This document shows, one piece after another, positions 9,832-19,495 of a stretch of 64,000 nt of DNA. The DNA lies in NCBI GenBank assembly GCA_965205845.1, contig CBDBIG010000003.1:110040-174039 (forward strand), read 5' to 3'. Both the position numbers and the translations under genes were made by a program. The DNA comes from a bacterium (lineage in GTDB: Bacteria > SAR324 > JACQKK01). Numbering within the stretch: position 1 is the first letter of the stretch; each line of letters starts with the position of its first letter. Under the pieces are notes generated by a model that saw only the letters and a list, made by a program, of their open reading frames with translations, did no database searches and was not told the origin of the DNA.

Positions 9832-10953
9832 TTAACGCTTCCTCGATCGCTTACGCTTTTGACGCAAAGGCTCAATTTGGTAGCGGAACACCGCCCAATT
9901 ATGCTCACGTAGGGTACGTGAAAAATGGTGCAGACCATTTCCCTTGCCCACAAAAAATAGATAGTGCGAGGGTGTGGGTTGCACCACTGCTTGCATGCTC
10001 TCCTTACCTGGGTTTGCAATAGGGGTAGGGGTTAAACCTTGAATGCTATAAGTGTTATAAGGCGTATAGGTGCGCAAGTGCTTGCGGGTAATGTTGCCAT
10101 TGTAGTCTTCAATGCCATAAATCACGGTAGGGTCGCTTTGCAGTTTCATGCCCCTTTTTAAGCGGTTGTGAAACACCGAGGCAATGAGTGGCCGTTCTTT
10201 GGGAGCCCCGCTTTCTTTTTCGACAATCGAAGCCATAATAAGTGCTTGGTAAGGGGTTAGATTTGTACGCTGTGCTTTTTGCTTTAGCAATGGCCATGCT
10301 TGCACCAAAAACTGCCCCACCATTACGCGGAGCATACGCTTTGCTTCCATTCCTTCGCTTAACACATAGGTCTCAGGAAAAAGCAGCCCTTCAAGGGTTT
10401 TAGGGGGGATGGCAAAGGGCAAATTGAGAGTGCGAATAAAGTGTTGGTCTTTCGATAACTGCAAAAATCCCTTGGCAGAAAGCACTTTTTTTTCTTCTAA
10501 CCGCGCCGCAATTTGCTTTAGCGTAAAGCCTTCGGGAATGGTAACCAACACCTGTTGGACACTCCCTCGCACGAGTTTGTCGAGCAAGGAGTTGGCTGAA
10601 AGCCTGCCTTCAAAGGTATAAACACCCGCTTTAATGCGAACTGCATCCCCACGAAAACGCGCCAACCACAGCAAAGTGTGAGGGTTTTGAATGCGCTTGT
10701 TGTCTTTCCAGCGCCCCACCATGTGAATAAATGCTTCTCCACGACGCGCCTTTAGCGAGACAGGAGCAGGTTCTTGAATGCTAGTGCTAAGGGTGCCCCA
10801 CAACAAGACTACAGGCTTGGCACCAAACAACAACAACAAAGCGACCCCTACGCTCCATACCCAGGGGCTTTTAAACAGGGGTTTGGTTGTATCTTGAGGG
10901 GACGTCGGTTGAGTTTGGGTTGGCATGAGGGTTTTAAAAAAATAGGGTTTCAT
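9832..10953 (-). CDS. mltG: Endolytic murein transglycosylase MltG (YceG family)
   Basis: N-terminal TM segment. YceG-like motifs LIMASIVEKE, DPTVIYG, YNTY..GLTPTPIANPG. Confidence 0.85.
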   Translation of the reverse strand: MKPYFFKTLMPTQTQPTSPQDTTKPLFKSPWVWSVGVALLLLFGAKPVVLLWGTLSTSIQEPAPVSLKARRGEAFIHMVGRWKDNKRIQNPHTLLWLARFRGDAVRIKAGVYTFEGRLSANSLLDKLVRGSVQQVLVTIPEGFTLKQIAARLEEKKVLSAKGFLQLSKDQHFIRTLNLPFAIPPKTLEGLLFPETYVLSEGMEAKRMLRVMVGQFLVQAWPLLKQKAQRTNLTPYQALIMASIVEKESGAPKERPLIASVFHNRLKRGMKLQSDPTVIYGIEDYNGNITRKHLRTYTPYNTYSIQGLTPTPIANPGKESMQAVVQPTPSHYLFFVGKGNGLHHFSRTLREHNWAVFRYQIEPLRQKRKRSRKR

Positions 10954-11065
10954 GGATGCGTAATCTTGGTGGCAATCCCCAAGAAAGAGCGTGCTACCTA
11001 CCCTAGGCTAAGGCATCAATGCAAAAACCACGAACCCAGCAAACGGGTAGGTTCCACCATGTTGC

Positions 11066-12052
11066 TTAGTTAACTGGGTTAATCCGCGGGCTGGCAATTG
11101 CCCCTCGAATATAAAAGCCGTTTTTGTTGCTAGCAAGTTGCGCTTGCACAATTTGCCCCAACGGGCCGATTTGCTGTACCCAGGCGGGTGCCAGTTTGCC
11201 CAATATTTTCAAGTCTAATACTGAGTGGGCTGGCTGGCGAAAATTGACCACAATACTACCAGATATCTTGAATGATGCATTCCCCTTCCCCTCAAAGGTT
11301 TCGATTTCTAAGCGGTTATTTTTAAGCCCAGCGCGCAAAACCACTTGGGCTAGCACCAAATCGGGCAGAACACGTGTTAGCAGCTTGACACCACTTAACT
11401 TTATTTGTGCACCTCGCAGTTCTGCCATGGCACTTTGTAAGGGAAAAGAGCCCTTGTGGCTACGTTTAAAACGGGTATTTAGCTGCCAATCTCCCTGCAG
11501 TTGTCCTTGCATGTCGTGTGGTAGGTCAAACCTGCGCCCCCCATCAATGGCAGGTCCAAGAAACGCCATTTTTAACTCCCATGAATCGGCCATCCCAAAG
11601 GGTGCTAACAGGGTTATTTCCCCTTGCTGTTTTTGGATTGTGCCACGAAACACCACGCCCAAGGGAAAAAAATGAGGTGACAACGAGGCGTGATCTATAT
11701 GCAAAAAAATTCTGCTTTCTTTTTGTAGAACAACCCTTTCCATTTTTAATGTAGTCCAACCAAAATGCATCTTTTGGATGTTAAGTAGCATTCCTGTGTG
11801 CTGTTTTACCGTATTAACCAGAATATTTTCCATTCTTGCTACGGGGAGATAATATTTAAATGCACTCCACGTTCCTAAAATGAAAACCAATAAACACGCT
11901 GCAACCTTTACAGCACGATGTACCCAGTAAGGCCATTTTAGCAGCGGTTCTAAAAATTTTTTCACCCAACTTGCCCCTAGTATAACCCTGCTTAGAGAGG
12001 AGTTGCTAAAGCAAAGCCTCGACACGTAGCACCAAGCGAAGCAACTCAGCAT
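11066..12052 (-). CDS. GspN-like type II secretion accessory protein (tentative)
   Basis: Single N-terminal TM (VKVAACLLVFILGTWSAF) followed by a beta-rich periplasmic region. Follows the gspM-like gene. Start uncertain because it overlaps the end of the upstream gene. Confidence 0.4.
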   Translation of the reverse strand: MLSCFAWCYVSRLCFSNSSLSRVILGASWVKKFLEPLLKWPYWVHRAVKVAACLLVFILGTWSAFKYYLPVARMENILVNTVKQHTGMLLNIQKMHFGWTTLKMERVVLQKESRIFLHIDHASLSPHFFPLGVVFRGTIQKQQGEITLLAPFGMADSWELKMAFLGPAIDGGRRFDLPHDMQGQLQGDWQLNTRFKRSHKGSFPLQSAMAELRGAQIKLSGVKLLTRVLPDLVLAQVVLRAGLKNNRLEIETFEGKGNASFKISGSIVVNFRQPAHSVLDLKILGKLAPAWVQQIGPLGQIVQAQLASNKNGFYIRGAIASPRINPVN

Positions 12053-12491
12053 TATGTAAAGACTGTATAACTTCCATGGTATTGATCACCAACAAATTGG
12101 CATCGCTTTCAATGGCGTGCACAATATACACCATCTCATCAATGCTAATATCATCCACTTGCATTTCAACCTCTTGCAGACCCGCTACGCTACTATTGCC
12201 GATTGGATTAAGTTGAATGCGTTGCCTGATGCCAAAGCGATCCGCAATATTTTCTAATTGTGCGGTAAGCGATATCCGGCTAATTTGTTCTTGAAATTTT
12301 TGCTGTTGCTGTTGTTGTTCTGCGAGCACACCCAATTCTTTTAGCACGTTTTCCATGCGTTCAATTTGTTCATCCGATGACGCGCTACCAAAAAGCCCTC
12401 GACCCCCCACAAAATAAAGACCTACGCCCAGCACCACCACACCCAATAAAATGAGCAATTTTTTCTCGCGGTCATTGAGTTTCATAAGCAA
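12006..12491 (-). CDS. GspM-like type II secretion protein (tentative)
   Basis: ~160 aa. N-terminal TM (KKLLILLGVVVLGVGLYFVG), a coiled segment, then a small alpha/beta domain. Follows the gspL-like gene. Confidence 0.5.
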   Translation of the reverse strand: MLMKLNDREKKLLILLGVVVLGVGLYFVGGRGLFGSASSDEQIERMENVLKELGVLAEQQQQQQKFQEQISRISLTAQLENIADRFGIRQRIQLNPIGNSSVAGLQEVEMQVDDISIDEMVYIVHAIESDANLLVINTMEVIQSLHNAELLRLVLRVEALL

Positions 12492-12672
12492 TTAGGGCTC
12501 TATTTTTTATGATGATGAACACGCCGAGTTACCCCAAAATGCTGTCGATGGGGCGCAAAGCAAGCCTTGGTGACGAATTGAGATGAAGAGGCATGAGGAT
12601 TATGGAAATTTTTGAAACCAGCCATTTACCGCCTAACATACACAAAAAAACATTGGAACCAGCATAGCATCC

Positions 12673-14487
12673 TTACTTAGCCTTGGTGATTTGAATCTGA
12701 AAAGCCACTTTTTCTCCACTGCGCTTTTGACTCACACTCACTTTTTGTTCATCAAATACAGGGATATTTAGGAGGTAGATTTTCACAGATTCCACATCTT
12801 CAAAGCGCGTGGCCTCACCATTCAGCCTCAATTGCTCGCGCCCCACATACAAATTTTTTAAGTGCATTCCTTCGCGCTGAGACACCCCTTGCGATATCTG
12901 ACTGAGCCATTTAGACATTTGGTAATCGTAGTCCACAAAATGCTGGAGACGCTTTTCTTTTTCTTGGGCGTTGCGTACATTTTTTTTGCGCACGTTAAAT
13001 GCTGCGTCAATATTTTCGATGCTGGTATTACGCGGCAACTTTAGGATATGCGTAATTTGTGCTTGTACATTTTTCCGCTGCTCTTTTTGTGCAATGTTTT
13101 TTAAACCAAAGCCCAAAACCTCGAGCGACAACCACACTCCCAATGAAACGGCAAGGGCGAGAGAGCGCATGCGGTGTACTTTAACCCAACCAAGCCATGG
13201 GGTGGCACTGCGATAAAAAGTGGGGCTTTGCTGTGCCGCAACAAAGGGCGCGTTCTTTTCACCAGGCAAGGCAGACAGCACCCCCCAATGGGCTTTTTTT
13301 TGTTTGCAAAGTGCCGCCAAGCGCCACTCAAAGCGCAGGCGTAAAGCCCTTGTGTCCCATGTGAAGCAAGGTGAAAACAGACCCAAAACACGCACCTCAC
13401 ACGTTTGCAGCAAAGAGACCTCCGCCACAATAAACCGATTGATGGCTTCAGTACTGTCTTCTAAAGCATGGCGCAATGCCTGAGTAAACTTGCTTGGTGT
13501 CCAGTTTGATTGAAAAACACTCTCTTGTGTGTTTTGGGTTTCATGTTGCAGTCTTTCCCATACTGCAATGGGTGAATGTACCGTGGGTTGCAATGCCTCT
13601 TTTAAAATATCGCCAACTTTGCAATAGATATGTTGCATTTGGTGCAGATGCCCACCTGCCGTGGCACTCACAAACACTTCGTCTGCACCAACGTAAACTT
13701 GAAAATGAACGCCTTGCAATGGGGGTCCCCATGCATGCTGCAGTAAATGAGCAGATGAAATGGTACGCAAAACCCCACCCCCAGTTTCCTCAATGGCTTG
13801 GGTAATTTGCTGAAGGCGCTTTTTGGATTGCATGAGCACAAAAGCACGAGAGCCTTTGTCGTTGCGATGCTGATGCAAAGAAAAACACCATGCATACCTA
13901 TCCAAATTATCTAACATTTTTTCTGCTAGCATAAAGGACAGTATTTTGCTGGCTTTTGGTTTATTTTGCGTGGGTAGAGAAAACGCGTGAAAGTGCAAAA
14001 AGGTCGTAGGCAGTACGAGGATAACCCTACCAAACTGGTATTGATTGTGTTTAATCAACCCTGATAACATTTGGTTTAGAGCGTGGTGCTCTTTCTCACC
14101 CAATGCATGCTGCGGGCTTTCGTCCGATGCTTGTATACGCTGCCTACCACCCCATGTCCCGGTATCAACCGAAACCGCCGGGCTTCCCAGAGCCCCTTTG
14201 GGAAAGGGCCTTGGAAATGCTGACACGGCACTCACCGACACCACCTTTTGGACACCGGCCTCATGGTGCCACTCAAATCCCTCCAAAAAAGGGGGAGAAA
14301 ACGACAGGATATAGGCTGCGCGCTGGAAGAAGAGGCGTTCGGCGAGGGCTTGGAAAAGGTTGCGCAAAACGATGAGACCTACACGGCGTGCATCCACACG
14401 AAAGCGACCACGCCTTCGTCGAGAAAGCTTCCCACCCCCGAAAAAATGACGCACACACCGCCTCGATCCTGACTGAAACCCAAACAA
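12673..14487 (-). CDS. GspL-like (actin-like cytoplasmic domain + TM + periplasmic domain) type II secretion protein (tentative)
   Basis: Central TM (SLALAVSLGVWLSLEVLGFGL) separates a ~300-aa cytoplasmic part from a ~150-aa C-terminal part. Gene order L-M-N. The Arg-rich N-terminal ~140 aa look non-coding; the ATG at 14070 is a plausible true start. Confidence 0.45.
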   Translation of the reverse strand: MFGFQSGSRRCVRHFFGGGKLSRRRRGRFRVDARRVGLIVLRNLFQALAERLFFQRAAYILSFSPPFLEGFEWHHEAGVQKVVSVSAVSAFPRPFPKGALGSPAVSVDTGTWGGRQRIQASDESPQHALGEKEHHALNQMLSGLIKHNQYQFGRVILVLPTTFLHFHAFSLPTQNKPKASKILSFMLAEKMLDNLDRYAWCFSLHQHRNDKGSRAFVLMQSKKRLQQITQAIEETGGGVLRTISSAHLLQHAWGPPLQGVHFQVYVGADEVFVSATAGGHLHQMQHIYCKVGDILKEALQPTVHSPIAVWERLQHETQNTQESVFQSNWTPSKFTQALRHALEDSTEAINRFIVAEVSLLQTCEVRVLGLFSPCFTWDTRALRLRFEWRLAALCKQKKAHWGVLSALPGEKNAPFVAAQQSPTFYRSATPWLGWVKVHRMRSLALAVSLGVWLSLEVLGFGLKNIAQKEQRKNVQAQITHILKLPRNTSIENIDAAFNVRKKNVRNAQEKEKRLQHFVDYDYQMSKWLSQISQGVSQREGMHLKNLYVGREQLRLNGEATRFEDVESVKIYLLNIPVFDEQKVSVSQKRSGEKVAFQIQITKAK

Positions 14488-14712
14488 CGGAAGAAGTTTC
14501 TTGCCAAGAATCTTATGATGTTTACTAAAAAAGAAATTTCCAGGAAAAACCTTCCCTGACCAGGCTTAAGACAACCAAGGTTTTCACCGATTTACCGCAA
14601 CTACGTACAGGCAGCCAAGATAAGAGGTAAGGCCTCACCTCTACATGGCCACCATGAACTTGTCCGTGTCTCCCAAACAACCACCCGCAAAAACATGAAA
14701 CACTCAATTCTC

Positions 14713-16659
14713 TCAAATTGTCTCCATTTCAGTCTCTACTTCCTCTATGCCTTCTTCTTGCGGGACATCACCCATCACCTCACCTCCAGAAGAAGCAAAC
14801 TCACCAGCAATATCCGACCGTTCTGTCGAGCGACGACGGGAAAAAGAAGCAAACGCTTGATCTTGAAAACCAGAGGATGTGCTCGACAAAAATTCGTTTA
14901 AAACATTGGCCATGTTCATCATGGTTGCACTCTTGCGCTTAATGCTTACAATGTCGATATCCAATAGCAACCCCGGACTCATATGGTATGGGTTCACTTG
15001 CGAGGTAAACCTTTTGAACTCATTCTCCAAGAACCGCACCCGGCCTTCCACTAAAGCACGAACCATGGGCGTCCTCCCGCCAAAAATTTTCTTCATCCTC
15101 TCACACATGATGGGAAACCGCAGTTCAATACTCTCAATCCGGGATTCGTAAGTCGAATTTTCTGCAACCACGGGTGGTTCTTCAGGATGAATAAAATGGA
15201 TTTCATTCCATTTCTTTTCGTGCGGTGCTGCACCCTCCTCGCTTTCTTCTTCCTCGTCCCCACTAAACAAAAAGCGAAACCACGAGCGACGACGTTCGGC
15301 CACCCGGCCACCCAACAGCGCACTTGAAAAATTTTCCCAGTTCTCCACACCATTGTCTTGTTGGTGCTCATCAAACATCTCTTCAACGACTTTCCATATT
15401 TCATCCACCGTACGTTGAAACTCATTTAACTGCGCCAAAAACGCTTCTTGCATTCGATGCAGTTCTACATCGGTGTAATAGTTTAGCACCATTTGATAGC
15501 GTTCATCGGGCAAACTCTCTTCATCGGCAGTTTCATACTCACGAATGATCAATCTACGGTCATAGCGAAAATTCTCAATGTGTTGATACCCCATCCGACT
15601 CCAATCCAACACATGGGTCAACGAGTTTATGGCAGTGTTCCAACCACGGCTACGAATATTGTCTTTATCAATCACTGAAATGATGCTATCGCGTAGACCA
15701 AGGGCATCAAAATCCTCGAACTTCAGGTTATTCTCCGCACTCCCCAAACCATCAAAAACTTTTTTGGGGATGAAGGCATAACGCAACGACTCGTTATGTT
15801 CCGTGTCATCAGAAGTGTATTTCTCCAGTGCCTTAATGCGTTCAAACACTTTTTCCTCGGCAGAAATCTCCGGTTTCCCTGAATCAATCATCTCCTCGTT
15901 GAGGGCTTCGATCTCTTTATCAATCGATTCAGTAATGCGATTGGTAACAACATCTTTTAGCAGGTCTATCGCAGCCGTCTGATAAGGGTATATGCGGCTA
16001 ATAAGCTCACTTTCATCTATATTGAGTGCTAATTTAAGCATCATCACATTTTCAGGTTTTTGCGGATGATCTCTAAAAGAGCACTTGGCAATAGCGTAAG
16101 CATTTTCACCACGCACAAAGGCACCCACATCCGTCTTGCGACGCAGCAGACTGTTGGTAGTGGTTTCTAAATCATTCATTTCACGCTGTACATGACCATG
16201 TAAGTGCCCATACATATTAACGATCGAACGCTCAAGCTCACCTGTATGGAATTTGTCAGACCCCCCAACACGATCTAACAAATAAGAAATAGCACGTGGG
16301 CTATAGCGATTCAAACTACGCATCTCTTCCATATCGACCAAGTCGCGCACCTTCTTGCCCATCTCGTCCTCAACCGTGGTCAAGTAGCGGTTAAGCATGT
16401 TTTGCATATTTTGATTATAGTAATTATGCAATTTAGACTTAACGGTCGTCATCACCTCCATTTTGCTCAACACCTCCGGTGGCAACTTGGAATGGATGTG
16501 ATTAAGTATTTTGTCTACCTCCTCATCAACAAAGAGGCGCCCCTCCATGTATTCATCACGTTGATCTCGGTTGATACTATTACGTGATCCAACTGCACTG
16601 GGAATCTCTGGGTGGACAACGTTTGGGCCGCGAGTAAGAATGTTGTCGGCGGACATCAA
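14713..16659 (-). CDS. Uncharacterised 648-aa cytoplasmic protein, paralogue A
   Basis: Long uninterrupted ORF. Collinear similarity over its full length to ORF 20541..22364, e.g. GPNVVHPEIPSAVGSRNSINRDQRDEY vs GPNLIHPETPSAVGSRNSVNRDDRDEY, MGYQHIENFRYDR vs MGYQHIENYRLAR, and NPYHMSPGLL vs NPYHLQPGLM. No signal peptide, TM segment or Walker motif seen. Acidic C-terminal tail. Confidence 0.85.
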   Translation of the reverse strand: MMSADNILTRGPNVVHPEIPSAVGSRNSINRDQRDEYMEGRLFVDEEVDKILNHIHSKLPPEVLSKMEVMTTVKSKLHNYYNQNMQNMLNRYLTTVEDEMGKKVRDLVDMEEMRSLNRYSPRAISYLLDRVGGSDKFHTGELERSIVNMYGHLHGHVQREMNDLETTTNSLLRRKTDVGAFVRGENAYAIAKCSFRDHPQKPENVMMLKLALNIDESELISRIYPYQTAAIDLLKDVVTNRITESIDKEIEALNEEMIDSGKPEISAEEKVFERIKALEKYTSDDTEHNESLRYAFIPKKVFDGLGSAENNLKFEDFDALGLRDSIISVIDKDNIRSRGWNTAINSLTHVLDWSRMGYQHIENFRYDRRLIIREYETADEESLPDERYQMVLNYYTDVELHRMQEAFLAQLNEFQRTVDEIWKVVEEMFDEHQQDNGVENWENFSSALLGGRVAERRRSWFRFLFSGDEEEESEEGAAPHEKKWNEIHFIHPEEPPVVAENSTYESRIESIELRFPIMCERMKKIFGGRTPMVRALVEGRVRFLENEFKRFTSQVNPYHMSPGLLLDIDIVSIKRKSATMMNMANVLNEFLSSTSSGFQDQAFASFSRRRSTERSDIAGEFASSGGEVMGDVPQEEGIEEVETEMETI

Positions 16660-16732
16660 TCGCTCCTTTTATTTACTGATGGGTGCACTAGGTGCCTTAT
16701 AGGTTGATACAGGGATACAATTCAAGAACAAA

Positions 16733-19318
16733 TTAGCCCCTTCGGGCTATATCGAGTTTCATGGCAGACAATTTTGCAATGGGCACTCCGTACGGGGCAC
16801 TTACCACAAAATCTAGTCCAGTTTTATACGCAAAATCAATATTTTCGGGCTCGTAAACGTATGACCCAACCCCCCCGATCTCAATATCTGGTCTAATCAT
16901 ACGTCCATACTGCACCACAGCAGAAACCAACTCTTTCACGGGCACAGAAAGAACCTCGAAGGGGTTGTCCTTCAAGATATCATACTGATTATATGCAGGC
17001 AAAAACGTGTTTAGATCATCGGCTGACATCCCGTTGGCGGTCTGTGTCAGCATGGTGAAATCAATCACAAAAAACTCAGCTTGTTTTGCTAGATGCCCAG
17101 CCATCAAAGTGGCAGCGGGTAAATCAATCACGGCACCCACACGGTAATTCAGTTCGGTATTCGTTTCACCCAATTCTTTCAGCACTTGCTGTTCAATCCC
17201 ACGCACACCATGAATAACGTTGCTTTCAATATTACGTCCATGGCGAATAAAGCGCATCTCCGCATCTCCAACGACACCAGAGACGCACAAATCAAAATCA
17301 AGTTTGACCCCCGATTTTCGAGCTCGGCAAGCACCATAAAAAATACCCCCAGAAATTGCCTGATAAATCTCAGGGTAGGCAATGCAAATTCTCCCACCAC
17401 GTTGCCCCATCATGGGGTTTACGTTCCGCAAGTTGCTGGCTCTAGAATTAAAATGCTCAATCTCAACCCCATGCAACTGGGATATTTCTTGAAACAACCG
17501 CTCACGAGCATGACTATCGACAGGCAAAAACTCAATCAACGGGGTGTTCAACAAGCGTATGATAACCTTTTTACCATCCATTTTCTTAAAAAGATCTTCG
17601 CAAACACCACTCAACACGTCACGAAACCTTTTTAGCGCAGAAGTATATTTTTCTTTCTCCCCATACAATAAAACAACCTCCTGGAACAAGCGCGCTGTCT
17701 TCTCGTCGCGCATCATCGCTTCAACAGGCAGCAAGCCGATACCACCAGCACCCAGACGAATGCTTGAATCCACATCACCAACCGTAGCAGCCAATCCCAA
17801 TATTCGCAGATTCGTTCCCACACCATCCGTCACGTCAATCGCGCGTATAAATTCCTCCAATCCATTTTTTGCTGTATCAGGAAACTGCATACTGGCTTCA
17901 CCAAACCATACACTAGGCTCAGTGTACGTTGGGGATTCAAGGGAAATTATATCCCACTCATTCACCCGTTCCCCGCCAATGGTGGCGTAACCGTCAAAAA
18001 ACTGGACATCAGAATACAGCAAGCAAGGTTTACGCAAACTTCTCGAAACCACAGGTGCGTGAGAAGAATACCCGCCGACCGAAGCAAGCACACCCGCACA
18101 CATCTCAATGCCTTCAACATCTCCGGCATCCGTATGAGGCATTACCAAAATAAAATCTGCTTTTTCACCTTTCAAGGAACAACGGCGATGCTCTGCCAAC
18201 AAAGCATGGGTGCTAAAACACACGCGGCCAACGGCAGCCCCAGGTGACCCTGCAATACCCCCCTTGATCATTTTTAGATTGGTAACACTTGCATGATCAA
18301 TAACAGGGTGTAACAAATCTTGCATTTGGCCCGCGGGTACTGCATGCACAATGTCTTCACGCGTTAACAACTTTTTTCGGTATAGATCAAGCAGCGTTCT
18401 AATCTCAGCTTGAGTTGATTTGCCATCCACGGGGGTTTGCTCAATCAGCCATATTTTGCCATCTTCAATGGTGAATTTAATCTCACGAATATCTTTGAAA
18501 CTGGATTCAAGCAAACTACACATTTCTTGCAGCTGCTTTAAATAATTGACATCTAATTTTTCCAATGGCCGTCCACTTTCCTTTGAAACATCAAAAGAAT
18601 TCATCGAAAACACACCATTAATGCCTGCTGAACCGGTCACAATATCGCGTGAATACAGATGCCCACTCCCAGAATTCTCATTCCAGTTGCCATAGACCAG
18701 CAGTTGTACCAGTAGGGCCGCCTCAATGTCCTCGTTCATGTCATCGGCCAAATACCGTTTTGCGGTCTGGCTTAACACTGTTTGCAATTGCTCATAACCA
18801 TCTTGAGGAAAATCTTTGATAGGCCCTTGCAAATAGGCTTGACATATCTCCTTGCTTGCTGTTTTCCCTTGCACAGCATCCTCGATGCTCTTGACGTCCC
18901 GCCCCAAAAAAACGCTGCCAAATCTCTCCAATAACACCTTGTATTCATGATACGTAAACTCATCCCCCCAGCGTTTGGCAAGGCCTTCGGCAACACGATC
19001 ATTCATCCCAATGGTATGGGTAGATCTAAATGTACCGATCTGGATAGAGGGAGAGACAACCACTTTAAGTAGCATTGGTTTTTCAGGATTGCCAAATTCT
19101 CTGCCTGCAATGCTCTCTATTTTTCGAATGGCGGGCTTCAACGCAGCCAAATCCAACTCGACCAGCGCAGGCAAGTCCTTTGACTCAATCAAAAAGCCCG
19201 GCACTAAAGGTGTATTCAAACTTGCCAACTGCAGCAAATTGCGCCCACGCAAGCCAAACCGCTCTTGCAGGTCATTTCCTTCAACATGTTCTTTCTGATT
19301 AAAATGGAAAAATTGCAT
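16733..19318 (-). CDS. Pyruvate,phosphate dikinase (PPDK)-like protein with degenerate catalytic motifs
   Basis: 861 aa, collinear with PPDK. Phospho-His motif GGYSSHAPVVSRS is retained; NPMMGQRGGR and LNTPLIEFLP are recognisable. ATP-grasp and PEP/pyruvate-site motifs are substituted (details in findings). Confidence 0.85.
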   Translation of the reverse strand: MQFFHFNQKEHVEGNDLQERFGLRGRNLLQLASLNTPLVPGFLIESKDLPALVELDLAALKPAIRKIESIAGREFGNPEKPMLLKVVVSPSIQIGTFRSTHTIGMNDRVAEGLAKRWGDEFTYHEYKVLLERFGSVFLGRDVKSIEDAVQGKTASKEICQAYLQGPIKDFPQDGYEQLQTVLSQTAKRYLADDMNEDIEAALLVQLLVYGNWNENSGSGHLYSRDIVTGSAGINGVFSMNSFDVSKESGRPLEKLDVNYLKQLQEMCSLLESSFKDIREIKFTIEDGKIWLIEQTPVDGKSTQAEIRTLLDLYRKKLLTREDIVHAVPAGQMQDLLHPVIDHASVTNLKMIKGGIAGSPGAAVGRVCFSTHALLAEHRRCSLKGEKADFILVMPHTDAGDVEGIEMCAGVLASVGGYSSHAPVVSRSLRKPCLLYSDVQFFDGYATIGGERVNEWDIISLESPTYTEPSVWFGEASMQFPDTAKNGLEEFIRAIDVTDGVGTNLRILGLAATVGDVDSSIRLGAGGIGLLPVEAMMRDEKTARLFQEVVLLYGEKEKYTSALKRFRDVLSGVCEDLFKKMDGKKVIIRLLNTPLIEFLPVDSHARERLFQEISQLHGVEIEHFNSRASNLRNVNPMMGQRGGRICIAYPEIYQAISGGIFYGACRARKSGVKLDFDLCVSGVVGDAEMRFIRHGRNIESNVIHGVRGIEQQVLKELGETNTELNYRVGAVIDLPAATLMAGHLAKQAEFFVIDFTMLTQTANGMSADDLNTFLPAYNQYDILKDNPFEVLSVPVKELVSAVVQYGRMIRPDIEIGGVGSYVYEPENIDFAYKTGLDFVVSAPYGVPIAKLSAMKLDIARRG

Positions 19319-19495
19319 GGCAACATATGTTTCTTTATCAAATTTTCCTCATAGCAGAACAATGTACAACTGAAACATGCAACAAGGTATTGGGTTTAAA
19401 TCTCTTGATCCAGCAAGCCAAAGAAATCCATCACAGAAATATGCCCCATTTTAAACGAAGCAAAACGCCGCGGCGCAAACAACAAGCATCGCAAC

